Of a stretch of DNA of 64,000 nt, positions 58,224-64,000 are shown piece by piece. This DNA comes from Cyanobacteria bacterium auto_48_18 (lineage in GTDB: Bacteria; Cyanobacteriota; Vampirovibrionia; Obscuribacterales; Obscuribacteraceae). The stretch is from the NCBI GenBank assembly GCA_036170915.1, contig JAVHQC010000033.1, forward strand, positions 1 through 64,000. Direction: 5' to 3'. The translations under genes and the position numbers were made by a program. Each line of letters starts with the position of its first letter. Positions within the stretch are counted from its first letter, which is position 1. The notes beneath the pieces were generated by a model, which had not been told where the DNA came from, did not search any database, and saw only the letters and a list, made by a program, of their open reading frames with translations.

Positions 58224-59453
58224 TTAGTAGGGGTTAGAAGCTGTAGCTCCGGCAATTGACACAGGGGCATCAAGTTGCAGTTGCATTGCCGTTCCGGCTG
58301 GAATGGTGACGTCTCTGCCCTTTCTCAAAAGCACGCTCTGGGCAACACCGACTGTGCCACCGATTGCGGTGCCTGACCAGGCGCCTCTACCGACACCACG
58401 TGAACCGCCGGCAATGGCGCCCACAGCTGTACCGAGAGCAGCACCGGTACCGGCGCCAATTGCGCCTCTAAGACCGGCCTGTACGGCTTTGTTCTTCCAG
58501 GTTTCACCCTTAATCACTGTTTCATCAGTGCCGGAGCCTGTGTATTTACCGATACCGCCAATCAAGTGAGCGGTGATAGGTGTTTCAGTTCCGTCTGGAG
58601 TTCTCAAACGATTGAATTTGATATCGAGTGAACCAGCTCGGCCAAGCATCCGGCCTGCACTGGCATCAGTAATGGTGCCGATGATTACCGAACCCGCAGG
58701 AATGGTGGAGTCACCAAGCACTACCTGTTGGCTAATTGTGGCTTGAATCATATCACCAGGCCTAGCTACTTGAGTCGCAATGCCGGTGCTGAGCGTAATA
58801 GGCATCACTAAGCCGGCAGGAGCATAACTGATGCGGCCCTGTCTGAAACCACCTTGTGGCTGGCCATACTGAGCTTGAGCGCCGTAAGGGGCTTGTGGTT
58901 GCTGATATGGTGTTTGAGCTTGATAGGTCGATTGACCATAACTCTGTTGTTGCATTGGCGGTTGGTAGGCTTGTTGTTGCGGAGGAGCATTCACAGCAGC
59001 AGGAGCTGAAGCGAAGTAGTCACCGGACAATTGGCCGACATAACTTTGAATACTGGCTTGATCTCGCATTGATTCGCGCAAAGAGTCTGCCCATTTCTTG
59101 GCTAAAAGAGCAGGGCTGCTGCCTACACTCTTAGCACTGGCACCATCTACGGTGACAACCTGGTAGCCACCAAGGGTGATGACCGGTACACCTTTAACAT
59201 AAGTAATGTTCACTGATGATGGTGTTCTATCTTTCGCTGCCACCAGTGCGTTGTCTAAATTCTGCTGCACGATTGCGGCTCTTTTGTCAGCAGTGAGACC
59301 ACCTGCTGCCGGTACTGAGAAAATCGATTGACCAGCAACGTGAATGTCATTGTCAGCCGCCATTGCTGCTAAAGGATAGAGACAAATCGATTGGCTTAGC
59401 AAAAGTGCACCCGCTAAAATCGATCTTTTGATGGAGTAAGATTTGGATGTCAT
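58224..59453 (-). CDS. Exported protein with Gln/Pro linker, TrbI/VirB10-like domain and glycine zipper
   Basis: PGD.IQATI...IPAGSVIIGTI...GSLDIKFNRL, KGRDVTIPAGT.MQLQL. Confidence 0.7.
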   Translation of the reverse strand: MTSKSYSIKRSILAGALLLSQSICLYPLAAMAADNDIHVAGQSIFSVPAAGGLTADKRAAIVQQNLDNALVAAKDRTPSSVNITYVKGVPVITLGGYQVVTVDGASAKSVGSSPALLAKKWADSLRESMRDQASIQSYVGQLSGDYFASAPAAVNAPPQQQAYQPPMQQQSYGQSTYQAQTPYQQPQAPYGAQAQYGQPQGGFRQGRISYAPAGLVMPITLSTGIATQVARPGDMIQATISQQVVLGDSTIPAGSVIIGTITDASAGRMLGRAGSLDIKFNRLRTPDGTETPITAHLIGGIGKYTGSGTDETVIKGETWKNKAVQAGLRGAIGAGTGAALGTAVGAIAGGSRGVGRGAWSGTAIGGTVGVAQSVLLRKGRDVTIPAGTAMQLQLDAPVSIAGATASNPY

Positions 59454-59693
59454 CTTTTTGTACCTTGATTTTGTACAGCCTCTGCTGGACTGACTTTTAG
59501 TAGATAATGAGATTCTGTGAATCTTCTTTCAGGACTTTCTATTTTGCAGCCCCATGGATTTTAAGACTACAGAATTTTAGCAATGTTCCCCGGGCAGTAT
59601 CTGAAACACAACTTAAGGCCTCTTTGCATTTCAGGGTTCGGCACAGAGGCGTAATTCGTTCCATAATATAAGGATGATAGGTAACGAAGACTC

Positions 59694-60509
59694 TTGATAA
59701 CGCCGTTTGCAGCCACCAGCTTTGACTCTCGCGCACTAGCGGGTAAGCACGCTCTAGTCACCGGAGGTGGCCGTGGAATCGGCCGTGCCACTGCTATCAA
59801 ACTGGCGCAATCGGGCTGCCGCCTAACTTTGCTTGGTCGCAACGAGTCTAAGTTGCAAGCTGTTTGTGAAGAATTGCGCACCCTGACAGCATCTGATGCA
59901 TCCTATTTAGTGGCTGACCTGGCCAATACAAAGTCGCTGGAAGAAGAGATTCAGCTTGGAGTCAATAAAGAGATAGATATTCTCGTCAATAATGCCGGAA
60001 TCTATCGCACTGAAGCTGTTATCAACCACGACCTGACCAGCTGGAGAGAAATTATCGAGGTCAATTTAACCAGTGCTCTGGTGCTGTCTAAAGCATTTTT
60101 ACCGGCCATGATCGCGCAAGAATGGGGCCGTATCATCAATGTTTCGTCTATTTCAGGTAAACAAGCCGAGGCGTACGGAGCTGCCTATTCCGCTTCCAAG
60201 TTTGCCTTAATCGGCTTAACCGAGGCCATGGCACTAGAAAATGCCCGTCATGGTATCACCGTTAATGCGGTGTGCCCCGGCTGGGTAGCAACAGATATGG
60301 CTTTCGACCAAATTGGAGATCAGAAGTGGTGCGATCTTAATGGCTTAGAAAAAGACCAGGCCCTCGAGATTACAAAGCTGTCGGTGCCTTTGATGCGCTT
60401 GATAGAACCTCAGGAAGTTGCTGGGTTGATCGTCTATTTATGCACGCAAGAAGCCGCGGCAATCACGGGACAGGCACTCAATATCTGTGGAGGCATGACG
60501 ATTCAGTAG
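59694..60509 (+). CDS. Short-chain dehydrogenase/reductase
   Basis: TGGGRGIG, NNAG, YSASK, NAVCPGWV.T. Confidence 0.93.
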   Translation: MITPFAATSFDSRALAGKHALVTGGGRGIGRATAIKLAQSGCRLTLLGRNESKLQAVCEELRTLTASDASYLVADLANTKSLEEEIQLGVNKEIDILVNNAGIYRTEAVINHDLTSWREIIEVNLTSALVLSKAFLPAMIAQEWGRIINVSSISGKQAEAYGAAYSASKFALIGLTEAMALENARHGITVNAVCPGWVATDMAFDQIGDQKWCDLNGLEKDQALEITKLSVPLMRLIEPQEVAGLIVYLCTQEAAAITGQALNICGGMTIQ

Positions 60510-60510
60510 T

Positions 60511-61407
60511 ATGCAAACAATCAATTTTACTGCTCAGGCTCTGAAAACAAATCAGTGGGAAATCAGCTCAGTGAGCGGTTTACCGTTGGTTCAGTCTCCC
60601 CTGCTGAAGCGCTATGCAAAAGATCTTGAACATGCATTTACCACAAGAAATGGTGGCAGCAGCAAGGTGCCCTATGAAAGCTTCAATCTTGGTCGCCACG
60701 TGCAAGACGATGCACTTAAAGCTGACGCGCTGCACAACCGCGCCACGCTTTGTGCCGCCCTCGATGCTGATGTTCAATTTCTAAAAGTGCCGGGGCAGGT
60801 TCACTCAGGTAACGTAGTGGCAATTGTCGAGCAAAATTCCGAGCTCGAGCTTTCTAAGGTTGACGGTGTTGCCACCAGTCTGCCGGGCGTGCCATTACTT
60901 TTGCATTTTGCCGATTGCGTGCCGGTAATTATTTACGAACACAAGAAACGTCTTTTAGCCATTGTGCACGCTGGTTGGCGGGGCACAGCTCAAGCCATAG
61001 CCAGAAACGCTGTAGACCTCTTGTGCGCCGATTATGGAGCTGATCCAGCAAACATGGTCGCTGCGGTGGGGCCTGCTATCGGCACATGTTGCTATCCCAC
61101 CGGAGCTGACGTAGTTGAGCAGTTGATGCTCACCTGCTCGCCACCTGCCAATGTTAATGTGGAAATTGAAGATTTAGCCAGTCTGGTGAAAGGCGGCTAT
61201 GGTGATAGTAAGAATACTGAGCAGCCGCGACCTGATTTAAAAGCTATCAATGCCATGCAGCTGCTGCTTGCTGGTGTTTCTGAAGTGGATGTCTCTTCTT
61301 TTTGCACGTCGTGCCGGCCAGACATTTTCTATTCGCACCGCCAATCAGGTGGGGTCACCGGTCGCCAGGGAGCCATAGCAATGATTCGGACAAACGCTGC
61401 TAATTAA
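60511..61407 (+). CDS. pgeF: Peptidoglycan editing factor PgeF (YfiH family)
   Basis: HAFTTR.GG, QVHS, FADCVP, VHAGWRG, GPAI..CCY, FYSHR. Confidence 0.93.
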   Translation: MQTINFTAQALKTNQWEISSVSGLPLVQSPLLKRYAKDLEHAFTTRNGGSSKVPYESFNLGRHVQDDALKADALHNRATLCAALDADVQFLKVPGQVHSGNVVAIVEQNSELELSKVDGVATSLPGVPLLLHFADCVPVIIYEHKKRLLAIVHAGWRGTAQAIARNAVDLLCADYGADPANMVAAVGPAIGTCCYPTGADVVEQLMLTCSPPANVNVEIEDLASLVKGGYGDSKNTEQPRPDLKAINAMQLLLAGVSEVDVSSFCTSCRPDIFYSHRQSGGVTGRQGAIAMIRTNAAN

Positions 61408-61521
61408 TCGCAGCTTTCAGTCGGGTAATTGTCACTTTGTTTAAATAGAACGCTAATTTGTGATTTGGATGCAGTTGTGCGCACAATATATCTAACAGGG
61501 TCAAAGCGAGGGTAGGCTGGA

Positions 61522-63594
61522 ATGCATGTGCAAAGAGCGACTATCGCTTTAAGCATGACAGTCTGTCTGTCTACTTCGTGCTGTGCGGTTTTTGCCGCCA
61601 AAAGTAGCCCCAAGCCGAGGAATAACACCGCAGCTCAGTTGCCGCCTGCTCCCTCTCCACCCCCGAAAGCACCGCCACCTCCGTCTCCTGTGCCAGTAAT
61701 GAGGCCCGCTACGCCGCTGCTCGACACGCGCGTGGCCCGTCCCGGAGAAGCGCTACTGGGACCCGATTCTCAGATTCCTACCCGAGTATCAAGACCGGGC
61801 GAAAGTGGCCCTGCCGTGCCTTCGCCTTCAGTGGGTGGTCTGGGAAGCCGGCCATATACTCCAGCCGCTGTGGGAATGATGGCAGCCCCGGGGGCGAAAG
61901 ACCCTTATCCGGCCATTGGCCAACTAGAAGCGGTTACCCTTGGTGCAGCCAATCCGGCCATGCATATCGACCAGCGCCTGGCTAACTTAGAAACGGCAAT
62001 TTTTCAAAAGACCTTTGCTTATGACTCACTTTTTGACCGTACCGAGCGTCTGAAAAAAACTATTCTCGGCAATCAAGAAGTAGATCCAAATTCTGCTGCA
62101 GGCAGAGAAGATGCCGCTGCTGGTCGTAGCCCTGGCACTGCTGGTGGTGACATCTTCGACAGCAGTAATAGCAGGCCGACTCTTGAATCACTTAGTGAAG
62201 TGCGCTTTTTAGATGAGCAGGCTGCTTTGCCTGAAAATAAGGCGGCTGCCACTGAATTGGAATTGGCTCAGTATGCGGTAATGCTCATTAATAAAGAGCG
62301 CACTGCTTTTGGTGTGGCTCCCGTCACTCCTGATAATTTAGCTGAAAAAATTGCGTCAGATTTGACCAAAGATTTGGCTAAGCGCAATGTACTTTCGCAC
62401 TTCAGTTCTGATGGTAGCAACCCTGATAGACGATTTACTTTGAATGAAGGTAATGACGCAGTTAACGAAGGAATTGCTTCAGTAAAAACTTCTGAAGTCG
62501 GCGTCAGGCATCTATGCAAAGCTGGTGTGGCCCGAATCTTAAAGACTATGCTCAGCCGTCAAGACGACCGCGATGCCTTGCTGAATCCTGATGCCACTCA
62601 TGTGGGTTTTGCCTCAGCACTATCTGCCGACGGCGAAAAAATTATCGCCGCAGCAGAAGTTTTGTCTCGCCACGCCGTTATGATTCCGCTGGCGACTGAA
62701 GTAGCTGTGGGCGATAAAGTTGAAGTGCGAGGGGTAATGAACAGCCCTTATTTCTTTGACAAAGTGACAGTGGCCTGGGAGGCATACAATCCTGAAAGCA
62801 ATGCTTCCGCAGCCGATGATGGAGAAGAAGCGCTGCCATATTTTCCGCCGCTCGATTATATTGCTTATTCAAACCGCGGTGAAGGCAATCATGATAAAGC
62901 CGTATTCGCACTCAAGGCCGGACTGATTGTCGGAGCTGTGGCTGCCGGAATGTTTTTCCCGCCGGCGGCCATGGCTGTGCCTCTTATTGCTCTGGCCGGC
63001 TCGCCTGGAGAACCAAAACCAGTCTCTGACATTCCTGTCAAAGGCGGAATAAAAGTTGATGGTGCAGCTTTTTCTGGTCACATTCCACTTTCAAATAACA
63101 GCAAAGAAGGTCTCTATTACGTAACGGTTTGGGCTGTACAAGCTAAAGGCATGAAGTCTGTTCCAGTCAGTCGCCGTGTGATTCTAGCGAAGAGCCAATC
63201 GCCGCAACAAGCAGAAGCTGCTGATGATGAAAAAGCCAAAGAAGAACGCAAAGAACAAGAGCGCCGCGAGAAAGATGATCGCAAAGCCAAGCTGATGCAA
63301 GAGAAACGCGAAAAGCAAGAAGAAAAGATCAAGAAGCGGGAAGATAAAAACGAAAAGCGGCCTGGGCTAACAGTTGAGGGTGAAGTAGAGCCTGCCGAGC
63401 CAGCAGAGCCCGTTGATTTGAAAAATTCTGGTCAAACTATTCAGGCTGTCCCTGGTGTAAGCGCCCCGGACGCGTCGAAGTTGCTGGCACCACAGGCGGA
63501 GACCATTGCGCCCAAAGATGTCAAAGATGCTATAGATATGAATAACTCGAAAGATTCACAAGACAAAGAAGATAATGACGACAAAAATGACTAA
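61522..63594 (+). CDS. Exported CAP/SCP-like domain protein with Pro-rich N-terminus and charged C-terminal tail
   Basis: LINKER...L..IA...SHF..DG..P..RF...R.ALL.P..THVG. Confidence 0.7.
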   Translation: MHVQRATIALSMTVCLSTSCCAVFAAKSSPKPRNNTAAQLPPAPSPPPKAPPPPSPVPVMRPATPLLDTRVARPGEALLGPDSQIPTRVSRPGESGPAVPSPSVGGLGSRPYTPAAVGMMAAPGAKDPYPAIGQLEAVTLGAANPAMHIDQRLANLETAIFQKTFAYDSLFDRTERLKKTILGNQEVDPNSAAGREDAAAGRSPGTAGGDIFDSSNSRPTLESLSEVRFLDEQAALPENKAAATELELAQYAVMLINKERTAFGVAPVTPDNLAEKIASDLTKDLAKRNVLSHFSSDGSNPDRRFTLNEGNDAVNEGIASVKTSEVGVRHLCKAGVARILKTMLSRQDDRDALLNPDATHVGFASALSADGEKIIAAAEVLSRHAVMIPLATEVAVGDKVEVRGVMNSPYFFDKVTVAWEAYNPESNASAADDGEEALPYFPPLDYIAYSNRGEGNHDKAVFALKAGLIVGAVAAGMFFPPAAMAVPLIALAGSPGEPKPVSDIPVKGGIKVDGAAFSGHIPLSNNSKEGLYYVTVWAVQAKGMKSVPVSRRVILAKSQSPQQAEAADDEKAKEERKEQERREKDDRKAKLMQEKREKQEEKIKKREDKNEKRPGLTVEGEVEPAEPAEPVDLKNSGQTIQAVPGVSAPDASKLLAPQAETIAPKDVKDAIDMNNSKDSQDKEDNDDKND

Positions 63595-64000
63595 TAGGCT
63601 TTGGACACGTAATAATCTTCTGGTATCGCTTTCGGTGGCACTTTTTATATCGTCTTCAAGCTCGAGTGTTGCTGAAGCCGCTCCTGATTCACCTTCGGCT
63701 CCGGAGCCATCACCGGCCCCAGCTGCGGCACCGGTGCCAGTTCAAGTTGCACCGGTTGAAGTGATTACTCCGTCGCTCGCCCCGCGGCGGCAAAGACCGC
63801 TTTCTGCCACCAGTCAGTCAACTACATTGCAGACTGGAACGGGATCGACAACTCTGCAAACTGGAACTGGATCGACAACTTTGCAGACCGGAACAGGGTC
63901 GACTCTAATTCAGTCAGGCACTGATTCTTCAACTATTCAGGCTGGTGTGCAAAGAGAAGCGGCTCCAGTAAATATTTTGTTTATTGTCGATGGCTCACGT
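63587..64000 (+). CDS. Exported protein, probably entering a vWA domain; runs off the window edge
   Basis: Not in the track. ATG 63587 overlaps the upstream gene; signal peptide, Pro-rich linker, repeats, then VNILFIVDGS. Confidence 0.7.
   Translation, partial: MTNRLWTRNNLLVSLSVALFISSSSSSVAEAAPDSPSAPEPSPAPAAAPVPVQVAPVEVITPSLAPRRQRPLSATSQSTTLQTGTGSTTLQTGTGSTTLQTGTGSTLIQSGTDSSTIQAGVQREAAPVNILFIVDGSR
63818..63952 (+). repeat. 27-bp coding tandem repeat x5 (STTLQTGTG)
   Basis: STTLQTGTG x3, STLIQSGTD, SSTIQAGVQ with synonymous variation. Confidence 0.85.

Overview
This is a gene-dense bacterial chromosome segment of roughly 48% GC by eye. Gene content (LpxI, GSIII, cyanobacteria-like TypA, an LRR Ser/Thr kinase, many exported TPR/repeat proteins) suggests non-photosynthetic Cyanobacteriota (Vampirovibrionia/Obscuribacterales); that is an inference. 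It is mostly housekeeping, signalling and envelope genes, with no CRISPR array, prophage or transposase seen. The standout is a compact minus-strand operon at ~15650-16690 that the ORF track does not explain. It consists of a sigma70-like promoter, an unannotated 48-codon leader ORF, and a hairpin joining the leader stop codon to the first tRNA. These are followed by 10 tightly packed, structurally atypical tRNA genes (Pro, Asn, Ser, Gln, His, Cys, Leu, Trp, Ser, Phe). 75% of the leader's codons, including 18 in a row, specify exactly the amino acids carried by those tRNAs, suggesting a ribosome-sensed tRNA-backup operon. A chloramphenicol-phosphotransferase-like gene is divergent from it. Other oddities are a JAB-like metallo-motif protein, a catalytically degenerate CHAT protein, an 11-repeat helical protein, RsgA with an acidic insertion, and a decayed FdhF/YdeP remnant. 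All product calls come from motif recognition by eye; no database searches were run.
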